Positions 18,136-29,131 of a stretch of 64,000 nt of DNA are shown in pieces. Source of the DNA: an uncultured Ruminococcus sp. (GTDB taxonomy: Bacteria; Bacillota; Clostridia; RUG12999); NCBI GenBank assembly GCA_902784805.1, contig CACZWD010000001.1, forward strand, positions 772 to 64,771, read 5' to 3'. Both the position numbers and the translations under genes were made by a program. The notes below the pieces were generated by a model. It ran no database searches and had not been told where the DNA came from. It worked only from the letters and a program-made list of their open reading frames with translations. The first letter of the stretch is position 1; the number at the start of each line of letters is the position of its first letter.

Positions 18136-20242
18136 AGCTTTTAAAAATAAACCGGAGCTGCTTGCCCCGGCAGGTAATTTTGCCTGCGTGCGGGCAGCCG
18201 TTGAGAGCGGCGCGGACAGTGTTTATCTGGGACTTACAGAGTTCGGTGCAAGGAGTTATGCCGACAACTTTACGGAGGAAACCTTTAAAGAGGCGGTCAG
18301 CTATTGTCATCTGCGCGGCGTTAAAGTTTATGTAACGCTTAATACCCTTGTTTCGGATAAAGAAATTCCGTTGGTTATGAAAAGCGCCGTTTTCGCGGCG
18401 GAAACCGGAGCGGACGCCGCACTCGTGCAGGATATGGGGCTTTTTGTGCTTTTAAGAAGGTATTTACCTTCGTTTCCTGTTCATATAAGCACGCAGGCGG
18501 CTGTTTTAAACAGTAACGCGGCAGCGTTTTACGGTGAGCTTGGCGCGGAGCGCTGTGTGCTGGCAAGGGAGCTTTCGTTTGAGGAAATACGGAGCATAAA
18601 GGATAAAAATCCGGAAACCGAAACGGAAATTTTTGTTCACGGCGCGCAATGCTATTGTTATTCGGGGCTTTGCCTTATGAGCAGCTTTTACGGAGGACGA
18701 AGCGGTAACCGCGGCAAGTGTGCGGGTCCGTGCAGACTTCCGTATATACTTTACGGCAGCGGCGGCAAAAAGCTTGAAAGCGGCTATCTTTTAAGCCCTG
18801 TTGATATGTGTCTCGGAAACAGAATTGATAAAGTGCTTTTAAGCGGCGCGGACTGCCTTAAAATTGAAGGCAGAATGAAAAGTGCCGAATATGTAGCGGC
18901 GGTAAGCGGTGCATACAGAAAAGCAATTGATGAAGAAAAACCGATTGAAACCGAAGAGCTTAAAAAGCTTGAAAGCGTTTTTAGCAGGGGAGGTTTTACG
19001 TCGGCATCTTTTGACGGAAAACCAAACCGTATAAAAAAAGATTCCTCAAATGATGACGCTTACGCAAAGCAGGATGAGAAGCTTCTTCGGATTTACGGAG
19101 AATATTCCTCCGAGAGCTGTAACAACAAAAAAACTCCGGTTGAATTTGTTTTCCGCGCGGAGGCGGGTAAAAGAGCAAGCCTTGAAACGGTTTACGGCAA
19201 ATTTGATTTTACGGTTGAAAGCAAAAATGACGTTCAGGCGGCAAAAGCCGCTCCGCTGTCGGAACAGCAAATATATAAACAGCTTGAAAAAACAGGAGCA
19301 TACCCTTTTTGGGCTGAGAAAATAAAAATAAACATAGCCGGAAAAATTTTTATCCCGGTAAGTGAAATAAACGAGCTTCGGCGAAATGCTCTTGAAGAAC
19401 TGTCAAGGCTTATAATTGAAAGCGGCAGGAGGAAAATCGCAAGCTTTAAAGTGCATTTGCCGGAGGCAGGAAAAAATATGGGTAAAACCTTTGCTTTCAC
19501 GGCTTTTGCGCGTGAAAAAAATCAGCTTGACGCTTTAAAAACAATGCCTGAAATAAGCGAAATATATTGCCCGGCAGGGCTTTATGCCGAAAACTATGGC
19601 GATGAGAGGCTTATTCCCGCTTTTCCGCCCGTTATACGTGAAAAAAACCTTGAAAAGTATATAAATTTACTGAAAAATTTAAAGGAACTCGGAGCGAAAA
19701 AACTTCTTGTTTCCGATATGGGTATTGCGAAAAAGGCGGCGGGGCTCGGCTATGAACTTATTGCTTCGGCTGACGCCAATATATTTAACTCCTATGCCGC
19801 GGAGGCATTTGAAAGCTTTGGTTTTAAAAAGCTTATGTTGTCCGGCGAGTTTTCGCTTCGTCAGATTGAGAATATAAAAAGCGTACTTCCGCTTGAAATT
19901 ATGGTTTACGGTAGGCTTGCCCTTATGAAAACAGCGAACTGTCCGTTAAAAGGTAAAGGTTTTTGCGGTAAAAACGTGTCGGACGCTTTTATTAGTGACC
20001 GTAAAGGAGAAAAGCTCGGCATAGTTTGCGACTGTCCGGACTGTACGGCATATATCTTAAATTCAAAGCCGCTTTATATGGCGGACAAGCTTGGTGATAT
20101 TCCTTGTAATATTTCTTCGCTGAATCTTTGTTTTACAACGGAAACGGCTGAAGATTGTAAGAAAATTATAAATTTGTATAATAGCGGTGATGCAGCCGAT
20201 TTCGGCTTTACGAGAGGGCATTTTTACAAAGCGGTTTTGTAG
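18119..20242 (+). CDS. U32 family peptidase (collagenase PrtC-like) with C-terminal DUF3656
   Basis: LLAPAGNFACVRAAVESGADSVYLG…FVHGAQCYCYSGLCLMSS (U32 motif). Confidence 0.8.
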   Translation: MRKDVKAFKNKPELLAPAGNFACVRAAVESGADSVYLGLTEFGARSYADNFTEETFKEAVSYCHLRGVKVYVTLNTLVSDKEIPLVMKSAVFAAETGADAALVQDMGLFVLLRRYLPSFPVHISTQAAVLNSNAAAFYGELGAERCVLARELSFEEIRSIKDKNPETETEIFVHGAQCYCYSGLCLMSSFYGGRSGNRGKCAGPCRLPYILYGSGGKKLESGYLLSPVDMCLGNRIDKVLLSGADCLKIEGRMKSAEYVAAVSGAYRKAIDEEKPIETEELKKLESVFSRGGFTSASFDGKPNRIKKDSSNDDAYAKQDEKLLRIYGEYSSESCNNKKTPVEFVFRAEAGKRASLETVYGKFDFTVESKNDVQAAKAAPLSEQQIYKQLEKTGAYPFWAEKIKINIAGKIFIPVSEINELRRNALEELSRLIIESGRRKIASFKVHLPEAGKNMGKTFAFTAFAREKNQLDALKTMPEISEIYCPAGLYAENYGDERLIPAFPPVIREKNLEKYINLLKNLKELGAKKLLVSDMGIAKKAAGLGYELIASADANIFNSYAAEAFESFGFKKLMLSGEFSLRQIENIKSVLPLEIMVYGRLALMKTANCPLKGKGFCGKNVSDAFISDRKGEKLGIVCDCPDCTAYILNSKPLYMADKLGDIPCNISSLNLCFTTETAEDCKKIINLYNSGDAADFGFTRGHFYKAVL

Positions 20243-20266
20243 GCGAATTTTCGGGGTGAATGTGTT

Positions 20267-20644
20267 ATGAAACAGTATTTTACTTTTACGGATTTGTTGA
20301 TTGCGACGGTAATTGTAATTATATGCGCAATCGGTTTAAAAACAACCGCATCGACCGATTCCGCCGAAAAAATTATTATTGAAACGGACGGCAAAATTTA
20401 TGCCTCTTATAATTTAAAATCTCTCGGCAAAGAAGCAAGGGATATTGAAATAAACACAAAATACGGAAAAAACATTTTGCGTATTGACTGCGAAGGAGCG
20501 GATATGATATACTCTGATTGCTTAAACCAGATAGATGTAAGACATAAAAAAATTACAAAGTCCGGCGAAATAATAGTCTGCGCGCCGCACAGGCTTACAG
20601 TATATATAAGCGGCAGCGGAGAAGCTGATGCCGTGAGCAGATAG
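20267..20644 (+). CDS. NusG domain II-containing protein
   Basis: Single N-terminal TM segment then a beta-rich domain. The family is typically paired with a Gx transporter. Confidence 0.5.
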   Translation: MKQYFTFTDLLIATVIVIICAIGLKTTASTDSAEKIIIETDGKIYASYNLKSLGKEARDIEINTKYGKNILRIDCEGADMIYSDCLNQIDVRHKKITKSGEIIVCAPHRLTVYISGSGEADAVSR

Positions 20645-20655
20645 AGGGAAACGTT

Positions 20656-21150
20656 ATGAAAGCGAAATTTGTAAAGCTTGGAATGTTTACGGCGCTTGCC
20701 ATGGCGCTTCAATGGGCAGAAACGCTTATACCTGTCGGTTTTTCGGTGCCGGGCGGCAAGCTTGGACTCGCGAATATAATAACAATGATAGTTATGCAGC
20801 TTTTTGGCGGCAGAAGCGCTCTTGCGGTAACTGTAATTCGCTGTTTGTTATCGGCTTTTTTATACGGAGGAGTAATGTCGCTGCCTTATTCACTTGCGGG
20901 AGGCATTATGTCACTTGCTTTAATGAAGCTTGTTTTAAAGCTTCACGGGGCAAGCCTTACGGGCGCGGCAATAGCCGGCGCTTTCGCGCACAATTTCGGA
21001 CAGGTGCTTGTTTCTTGTATTATTATGCAAAACATTTATATTATAAATTATCTTTGGGTTTTGGGGTTCGTTTCTGTCGGCGCGGGAGCGTTTACGGGAA
21101 TATGCGCGTCACTTTGCCTTAAAAAAATAAGTTTAAACAAAGGTGGCTGA
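20656..21150 (+). CDS. Gx transporter family protein (heptaprenyl diphosphate synthase component I-like)
   Basis: Small multi-TM protein with G-rich helices, in the conserved pairing with the NusG-II protein. Confidence 0.55.
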   Translation: MKAKFVKLGMFTALAMALQWAETLIPVGFSVPGGKLGLANIITMIVMQLFGGRSALAVTVIRCLLSAFLYGGVMSLPYSLAGGIMSLALMKLVLKLHGASLTGAAIAGAFAHNFGQVLVSCIIMQNIYIINYLWVLGFVSVGAGAFTGICASLCLKKISLNKGG

Positions 21151-21153
21151 TTT

Positions 21154-22847
<1,694 letters not shown>

Positions 22848-22871
22848 AACCTTTTTAAGGAATGACTTATT

Positions 22872-23708
22872 ATGTGGAACTTTATTAATCGAAATTATTG
22901 GAATGTTGTAATTGTCACTGCCGTTGTGCTTACACTTGTCAGCGGCATTGCGGTCATTGTAAGAGGTGACGGCACAGAAGCGGGCGGTATGACAAATGCA
23001 ATAAATACGGTTTTTACTCCCGTTAAATCTGCCATGGGTAAGGCCGGCGACGGCATAAGCGATTTTTTTGGCGATTTAATGAAAGGCAAGGCAGCTGTAC
23101 GAGAAAATAAGCAGCTCAAAAAACAAATAAAGCAGCTTGAAAATGAAAATGCTCGCTTTGAAGAGTATAAAAATGAAAACGAAAGATTAAGAAAAATACT
23201 TGACCTTAAAGAAAAGCAGGATGCGTATGTGACAGTTGCCTGTGAAGTTGTCGGCCGTTCTTTTTCAAACTGGAATAATGAATTTGTTGTCAACAAAGGG
23301 ACTTCCGGCGGAATAGACGTAGGAAACGTTGTAACAAGCAGCGGCGGGCTTGTGGGAAGTGTCACAATGGCAGGCAAAAACTGGGCGAGAGTAACCACAA
23401 TTCTTGACAGTTTTTCAAGTGTAAGCGCTACTGTTATTCGCTCGGGCGAATGTGGAATTGTCGAAGGTGATATTAAGCTTGCATCAGCAAACGAATGTGC
23501 GCTTAACTACACAGAAAAGGACGCGGATATAGCAATCGGTGATACGGTTGAAACATCGGGACTTGGCAATATGTATCCGAAAGGCATTGTAATCGGAAAG
23601 ATAAAAAATGTTGAAGCAAATGCCGGACAGATAACCAAAAAAATAACCGTGGATATTTCGGTGGATATTTACAATCTTAAAGAAGTTACGGTAATCACAG
23701 CATATTAG
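22872..23708 (+). CDS. mreC: Rod shape-determining protein MreC
   Basis: N-terminal TM segment, coiled coil (LKKQIKQLENENARFEEYKNENERL) and the C-terminal MreC beta domain. Confidence 0.8.
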   Translation: MWNFINRNYWNVVIVTAVVLTLVSGIAVIVRGDGTEAGGMTNAINTVFTPVKSAMGKAGDGISDFFGDLMKGKAAVRENKQLKKQIKQLENENARFEEYKNENERLRKILDLKEKQDAYVTVACEVVGRSFSNWNNEFVVNKGTSGGIDVGNVVTSSGGLVGSVTMAGKNWARVTTILDSFSSVSATVIRSGECGIVEGDIKLASANECALNYTEKDADIAIGDTVETSGLGNMYPKGIVIGKIKNVEANAGQITKKITVDISVDIYNLKEVTVITAY

Positions 23709-23730
23709 AGTGTAAAAAAGGGGAACAGCT

Positions 23731-24225
23731 ATGGTAATTTTTTTAAATTTTCTTATTTTTATATTTGCATATCTGCTTGACCTTGCTAAAATTTTTTCTT
23801 TTATATCCGTTTTCGGAATTATGCCACAGTTTGTTTTTGTGTGTCTTGTTTGCTTTTGTATTTTTTATGGCAAAGAACGTGGTCTTGTGCTTGCTGTTAT
23901 TATTGGCTTTATTACCGATTTTGCCACAGCAAGCCCGGTTGGTTCTCACGCATTAGTTTTTCTCGCGGTGTCGGTGGTTTGCGGCATTACATATGAAACG
24001 GTTTTTGAAAAAAATTATTTTACGGCGGCTTTAACGGTTTTTGTTTTAAGCTTCGGATATAATATCATAACTTACATTTTTCAGATATTTATGGGCAGAG
24101 AAGCGGGTTTTTTGTATGCGACCTTTCGCTATGTTTTGCCAACCTGCGTATATAACACGGTTGTTTCTCCGCTCCTATACTTTATAGTCGGAAAGGTATA
24201 TTACCGGAATGAAAGAATTTTTTAA
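23731..24225 (+). CDS. mreD: Rod shape-determining protein MreD
   Basis: Small polytopic membrane protein immediately after mreC. Confidence 0.6.
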   Translation: MVIFLNFLIFIFAYLLDLAKIFSFISVFGIMPQFVFVCLVCFCIFYGKERGLVLAVIIGFITDFATASPVGSHALVFLAVSVVCGITYETVFEKNYFTAALTVFVLSFGYNIITYIFQIFMGREAGFLYATFRYVLPTCVYNTVVSPLLYFIVGKVYYRNERIF

Positions 24226-26254
24226 GAGCAGAATAAATATAATAGGTTTTTTATGTGCTATCCTTGTGGCGATACTCATTGTCAGGGTAATTAATCTTCA
24301 GGTTATAAACGGTGAATATTATTCGGCAGTCGCGAACAGCAGAGGATATTCGTCAAAAACACTTGAAGCTCCAAGGGGAGAGATAACTGATAAATATGGC
24401 AGGATGATAGCAACCAACAAAACCGCCCAGACCGTTTTTATTGTGGATAACGGGCTTGAAGCGGGAGAGCTTAATGCTGCTCTTTCAAACCTTATTTTGC
24501 TTTCTGACCGTATAGAAAAACCATATGTTGATTCACTTCCGATAAGCATGGATAAGCCATACAAATTCAGTTTTAACGATGCATCGGAAGAACAAAAATG
24601 GAAGAAAAATTTTAAATTTGATGAGGACGAAACTGCTCCGGAGGTTTTTGAGTTTTTAAAAAATAAATATGAAATAGATGACAGTTTTGACGAAAATATG
24701 CTGCGCAGAATTATGGGGCTGCGTTTTGATATGCGCCGCAGCGGATTCGGGAAAACAACACCTTTTGAGTTTGTGCGTGATGTTGATATAAAAGTCATTT
24801 CGGAGCTTAAAGAAAATAAAGCGGCATATCCTTGTGTAAGCGTAGATATTATGCCTGTAAGAGATTATCCCCTCGGTAATACGGCGGCTCATATAATGGG
24901 TTATATAGGGCTTATAAACGAGGAGGAATACGCGGAACTTCGCGAAAAAGGTTACGGGATGCAGGATTATGTCGGCAAGACAGGGCTTGAAAAATACCTT
25001 GAAAGTGACCTTAAAGGCACAGACGGCAAGACAGGTATAGCCGTTGATGTAAACGGTAAAACCACTGTTATTAATGATGATATCGCTCCCGTGTCCGGTA
25101 ACCGTGTTATGCTCACGATAGATGTCAATATGCAGATGACAGCGGAAAACGCGTTGTCTGATGCAATCGGGCAGATACGTGAAAAAGAAGGAGCTGATTT
25201 TATAGGTGGCGGCGCGGCTGTCGCGATTGATGTAAATTCGGGCGCGGTGCTGACAATGGCAAGCAGCCCCGATTATAATCCGTCAACATTTAATAAGGAC
25301 TATAACAGCCTTGTTGAAGATAAGAACAAACCCATATATAACCGTGCGATTGTCGGAACATATTCGCCGGGTTCAACTTTTAAGCCACTTGTCGCGCTCG
25401 CGGGTTTAAATGAGGGTGTTATTACGGCAAATGAGAAAATTGAGTGCACGGGCAAGTATGAGTATTATGCGCCCAATTATACACCATCCTGCTGGATTCA
25501 CGGTTATTACGGAAAAAATCATGGCGACCTTAACGTTGTCGGTGCTCTTGAAAATTCCTGCAATATATTTTTCTTTGAAACCGGCAGAAGGCTTAAAATT
25601 AACAAAATTAATGAATACGCAAAAATGTTTGGATTTGGCGCTGAAACAGGCATTGAAATAGGTGGAGAATCGGCAGGCGTGGTTGCGGGACCGAAAGAAC
25701 GCGCGGAAACGGGCGGCGAATGGTATCCTGCAGATACTATTCAGGCGGCAATTGGACAGTCTGATAACAAATTTACAATTTTGCAGCTTGCGAATTATTG
25801 CGCGGCTCTCGCAAACAAAGGAACGCTTTATAAGCCGTATCTTGTCAGCTCTGTTGTATCGGGCAAAACAGGACAGAAAATTAAAAAGGCGTCTCCGCAG
25901 GTTATCAGGCAAATTGATATTGACGATAAATATTGGAATGTTGTTCATGAAGGTATGCTTGCCGTTACAACGGAAGGCAGCACGGCATCGGTTTTTGAGG
26001 ATGCTCCGTACTCTGTGGGCGGCAAAACGGGAACGGCGCAGACCAGCAGCATCAAAAACGACAGTTTATTTATAGCTTATGCGCCTTATGACGAACCAAA
26101 AATTGCCGTTGCCTGCATAATTGAAAACGGTGGTATTTTGGGAGAAGGTAATCAGGTTGTCGGCGTAGCGAAAAAAATTTTTGACAGTTATTTTGTCGGG
26201 AGTGAAGGAAATATAAACAGCGAACAAATCGAATATAACAAGCTGCTTAAATAA
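24209..26254 (+). CDS. mrdA: Penicillin-binding protein 2 (elongasome transpeptidase)
   Basis: PBP dimerisation domain plus transpeptidase motifs (SPGSTFKP, SCN, KTGT). Confidence 0.85.
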   Translation: MKEFFKSRINIIGFLCAILVAILIVRVINLQVINGEYYSAVANSRGYSSKTLEAPRGEITDKYGRMIATNKTAQTVFIVDNGLEAGELNAALSNLILLSDRIEKPYVDSLPISMDKPYKFSFNDASEEQKWKKNFKFDEDETAPEVFEFLKNKYEIDDSFDENMLRRIMGLRFDMRRSGFGKTTPFEFVRDVDIKVISELKENKAAYPCVSVDIMPVRDYPLGNTAAHIMGYIGLINEEEYAELREKGYGMQDYVGKTGLEKYLESDLKGTDGKTGIAVDVNGKTTVINDDIAPVSGNRVMLTIDVNMQMTAENALSDAIGQIREKEGADFIGGGAAVAIDVNSGAVLTMASSPDYNPSTFNKDYNSLVEDKNKPIYNRAIVGTYSPGSTFKPLVALAGLNEGVITANEKIECTGKYEYYAPNYTPSCWIHGYYGKNHGDLNVVGALENSCNIFFFETGRRLKINKINEYAKMFGFGAETGIEIGGESAGVVAGPKERAETGGEWYPADTIQAAIGQSDNKFTILQLANYCAALANKGTLYKPYLVSSVVSGKTGQKIKKASPQVIRQIDIDDKYWNVVHEGMLAVTTEGSTASVFEDAPYSVGGKTGTAQTSSIKNDSLFIAYAPYDEPKIAVACIIENGGILGEGNQVVGVAKKIFDSYFVGSEGNINSEQIEYNKLLK

Positions 26255-26277
26255 TATACAATTGGGAGGAAATATAT

Positions 26278-26892
26278 ATGGAATGTTGTAGAATTAAAGG
26301 AATAAAAAACGGCTTTAGAATAGTCGTTTCACAGGACGCTCCGTTCGAAGAGCTGATTAATGAAATAACCGAAAAAGTCGGTAATACAATGGAGCTTTTC
26401 AGGCTCAAAAAGGAGCTTGTGGTTGAGGTTGAACGTGGAAATTTAACGCATGAAAACAAATGCGAAATAACAAAGAAGCTCCTAAACATGCTTGATTTTA
26501 AGGCAATCATAACCTTTATAGACGAGCGTGAAATAGAAAAACGTAAAGCAGAGATTAAGGAAACAATATATCATGAAGGAACACTTCGTTCAGGACAGAA
26601 TATTGTTTCGGAGGGGCACCTGATTGTACTTGGCGATGTAAATCCGGGTGCGGAAATATCGGCGGTAGGCAATATTGTGGTACTTGGTCAGCTTAAAGGA
26701 ATTGCCCACGCAGGGGCGGAAGGCGACAAAAATGCCACAGTAGCGGCACTTAAATTGATACCCACACAGCTCAGAATTGCGGATATTATAACACGCGCAC
26801 CCGAAAATGACGTAAGCACCGAATATTATCCTGAAATCGCGAAAATAAAAGACGGAAGTATATATACATATCCTCTTTGTAAAACAAAATAA
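26278..26892 (+). CDS. minC: Septum site-determining protein MinC
   Basis: Conserved MinC C-terminal beta-helix (VLGDVNPGAEISAVGNIVVLG). Confidence 0.8.
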   Translation: MECCRIKGIKNGFRIVVSQDAPFEELINEITEKVGNTMELFRLKKELVVEVERGNLTHENKCEITKKLLNMLDFKAIITFIDEREIEKRKAEIKETIYHEGTLRSGQNIVSEGHLIVLGDVNPGAEISAVGNIVVLGQLKGIAHAGAEGDKNATVAALKLIPTQLRIADIITRAPENDVSTEYYPEIAKIKDGSIYTYPLCKTK

Positions 26893-27005
26893 ATAATTTA
26901 TGATATTATTTGAGAATTTAATTTAATAAAATTTTCAAAAAGGTATGGACTAATTGTAAAAAATGTGGTAAAATATATAGTGAATTAATTTGTGGAGGTT
27001 ATAAG

Positions 27006-27800
27006 ATGAGTGAAGTAATAGTTATAACATCCGGTAAAGGCGGCGTAGGAAAAACCACAACGACGGCAAACATAGGTACTGCTCTTGCGATGGCAGGCAA
27101 AAAAGTCGTTCTTGTTGACGCCGATATCGGACTTAGAAACCTTGATCTTGTTATGGGGCTTGAAAACAGAGTTGTTTATGATCTTGTAAATGTTATTGAA
27201 GGAACGTGCAGAGTAAAACAGGCGCTTATTAAGGACAAGCGTCATGACAGTTTATATATGCTTCCTGCTGCGCAAACGAGAGATAAAGATGCGGTTACCG
27301 CAGAGCAGATGAAAGAGCTGTGCGTTACCCTTAAGGAAGATTTTGATTATGTTATTCTTGACTGTCCGGCAGGTATAGAGCAGGGCTTTAAAAACGCGAT
27401 AGCAGGCGCGGATAAAGCTATTGTTGTTACAACCCCGGAGGTTTCGGCAGTAAGAGACGCCGACAGAATTATAGGTCTTCTTGAAGCAAACGAAATCAGA
27501 GACCCTAAGCTTCTTGTAAACCGTGTAAGGATAAATATGGTAAAATCCGGTGAAATGATGTCAGTTGAGGATATTGTAGAGCTTCTCGCAATAGGACTTA
27601 TAGGCGTTGTGCCTGATGATACAAGCATTATTACCACAACAAATAAGGGCGAGCCTGCCGCAATGAGCGACAAATCGCTTCCGGGAAAGGCGTACAGAAA
27701 TATTGCGGCAAGACTTATGGGTGAGGAAGTGCCGCTTATGGAGCTTGACAAAAAAGGTATTTTTGGCAGGCTTAAAGAGCGCTTTTCAAAAAAAGGCTGA
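27006..27800 (+). CDS. minD: Septum site-determining ATPase MinD
   Basis: ITSGKGGVGKTTTTAN deviant Walker A. Confidence 0.95.
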   Translation: MSEVIVITSGKGGVGKTTTTANIGTALAMAGKKVVLVDADIGLRNLDLVMGLENRVVYDLVNVIEGTCRVKQALIKDKRHDSLYMLPAAQTRDKDAVTAEQMKELCVTLKEDFDYVILDCPAGIEQGFKNAIAGADKAIVVTTPEVSAVRDADRIIGLLEANEIRDPKLLVNRVRINMVKSGEMMSVEDIVELLAIGLIGVVPDDTSIITTTNKGEPAAMSDKSLPGKAYRNIAARLMGEEVPLMELDKKGIFGRLKERFSKKG

Positions 27801-27916
27801 TTTTGAATGGAGGGAAATTAAGTCTGAAAAATATTTGTTTTTCAGGCGAAAAGTTTTAGGCCTTTTATTTAAGCTTGAAACTTTCAAAAATTTTACAGAA
27901 AGGCAAGGTTATAAAA

Positions 27917-28207
27917 ATGTTTGAAAATTTTTTTAAGCTCTTCTCTTCGGATAAATCAACAGGCGGTGTTGCGAAAGATAGGCTTCAGGTTCTTCTTAAA
28001 ATGGATCGTGAAAGCACTTCCGCCATACCTGAGGATATTATGGAAAAACTTCGTGAGGAGCTTATGCAGGTTATAAATAAGTATCTTGAAATAGAGCAAA
28101 ATGATCTTGACGTTAAGTTTGAGCGTAACACGGACAGCGAAGGCAGAGTAAGTACTGCGCTTGTAGCGAATATTCCGATTAACAAGGCAAAAATAAAATC
28201 GAAATAA
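27917..28207 (+). CDS. minE: Cell division topological specificity factor MinE
   Basis: MFENFFKLFSS…RLQVLL is the MinE N-terminus. ATG at 27917 preferred over the TTG at 27875 used in the ORF track. Confidence 0.75.
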   Translation: MFENFFKLFSSDKSTGGVAKDRLQVLLKMDRESTSAIPEDIMEKLREELMQVINKYLEIEQNDLDVKFERNTDSEGRVSTALVANIPINKAKIKSK

Positions 28208-28246
28208 TTTAGTTTTTAAAATATTATACGAAAGGAAAACAGTAAT

Positions 28247-28666
28247 ATGAATATTGCCCTTATTGCACAGGATAAGAAAAAAGAACTTATGGTACAGTTT
28301 TGTATTGCTTATAAATTTATTTTAGACAAGCATAATTTGTGTGCTACGGGAACTACGGGAAGACTTGTTTCCGAAGCAACCGGGCTTGCGGTTCACAAAT
28401 TTCTGTCAGGGGCACAAGGTGGAGACCAGCAGATAGCGGCAAGGATTTCATGCAACGAAATAGATATGGTGCTGTTTTTCCGTGATCCTCTCGATTCACT
28501 TCCGCACGAACCCGATATATCAACGTTGCTTAAACTTTGCGATATACATAATATACCGATTGCGACAAATGTTGCAACCGCTGAAGTGCTTATACATGGT
28601 CTTGAACGCGGTGACCTTGAGTGGCGTGATATTGTAAATCCAAAATCAAATACAGGTATTTCATAA
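28247..28666 (+). CDS. mgsA: Methylglyoxal synthase
   Basis: [16 protein letters not shown]…ATGTTG…GGDQQ signature. Confidence 0.9.
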   Translation: MNIALIAQDKKKELMVQFCIAYKFILDKHNLCATGTTGRLVSEATGLAVHKFLSGAQGGDQQIAARISCNEIDMVLFFRDPLDSLPHEPDISTLLKLCDIHNIPIATNVATAEVLIHGLERGDLEWRDIVNPKSNTGIS

Positions 28667-28674
28667 AAAAACAA

Positions 28675-28702
28675 GCGGAAAAAACTCCGCTTAATTTTTT
28701 TT
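28675..28702 (+). terminator. Rho-independent terminator after mgsA
   Basis: GCGGAAAAAACTCCGC hairpin followed by TTAATTTTTTTT. Confidence 0.6.
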
Positions 28703-28720
28703 CAAAATCAAAACAATTAC

Positions 28721-28770
28721 GGCAGTTTTATTGGATGTATCAATTTAAAACTGCCGCCGTTTTTATTTTT
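28721..28770. terminator. Bidirectional terminator hairpin between mgsA (+) and the rubredoxin gene (-)
   Basis: GGCAGTTTTA…TAAAACTGCC stem followed by GTTTTTATTTTT. Confidence 0.5.
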
Positions 28771-28924
28771 ACTCAGCTGAAAAACTGTCTTTGCCTACTC
28801 CGCAAAGAGGACATTCAAAATCTTCGGGCAAATCCTCCCATTTTGTTCCGGGAGCAATGCCGTTTTCGGGCGAGCCCGCTTCTTCATCATAAACCCAGCC
28901 GCATACATCGCATACGTATTTCAT
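28769..28924 (-). CDS. rd: Rubredoxin (51 aa); not in the supplied ORF track because it is under 60 aa
   Basis: Translates to [51 protein letters not shown], with two CxxCG knuckles. A perfect GGAGGTG RBS lies 7 nt upstream, and the TAA stop is at 28769-28771. Confidence 0.85.
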   Translation of the reverse strand: MKYVCDVCGWVYDEEAGSPENGIAPGTKWEDLPEDFECPLCGVGKDSFSAE

Positions 28925-29131
28925 TCGATTCACCTCCATTATTTTTATTATTAAAATAATCTAAGCGCAGATGCCCCCGTCTCTAAGGCGGTAGGATCCA
29001 TTTCAAAATTTCAATGGAAGTTTTAATCTCACGTTGAAATTTTGAGAAGCTAACGCTTTCTGCGCTTGCTTGCAATCTATCCGGGGCTTTGCTCTACCTC
29101 AGCAAAGTAGGAGCGTTGCTCCGATTTAAAA

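Noticed and set aside
27875-27916. TTG start at 27875 for MinE, which would add 14 N-terminal residues
   Set aside because: MinE homologues start at the MFENFFKLF… motif. The ATG at 27917 gives the canonical N-terminus, and the upstream extension has no conservation logic.
28935-28960. AT palindrome ATTATTAAAATAAT upstream of the rubredoxin gene as a PerR/Fur-type box
   Set aside because: It resembles but does not match the 7-1-7 PerR consensus. Short AT palindromes are frequent by chance in AT-rich promoters. It is mentioned only in a finding and not called as a feature.
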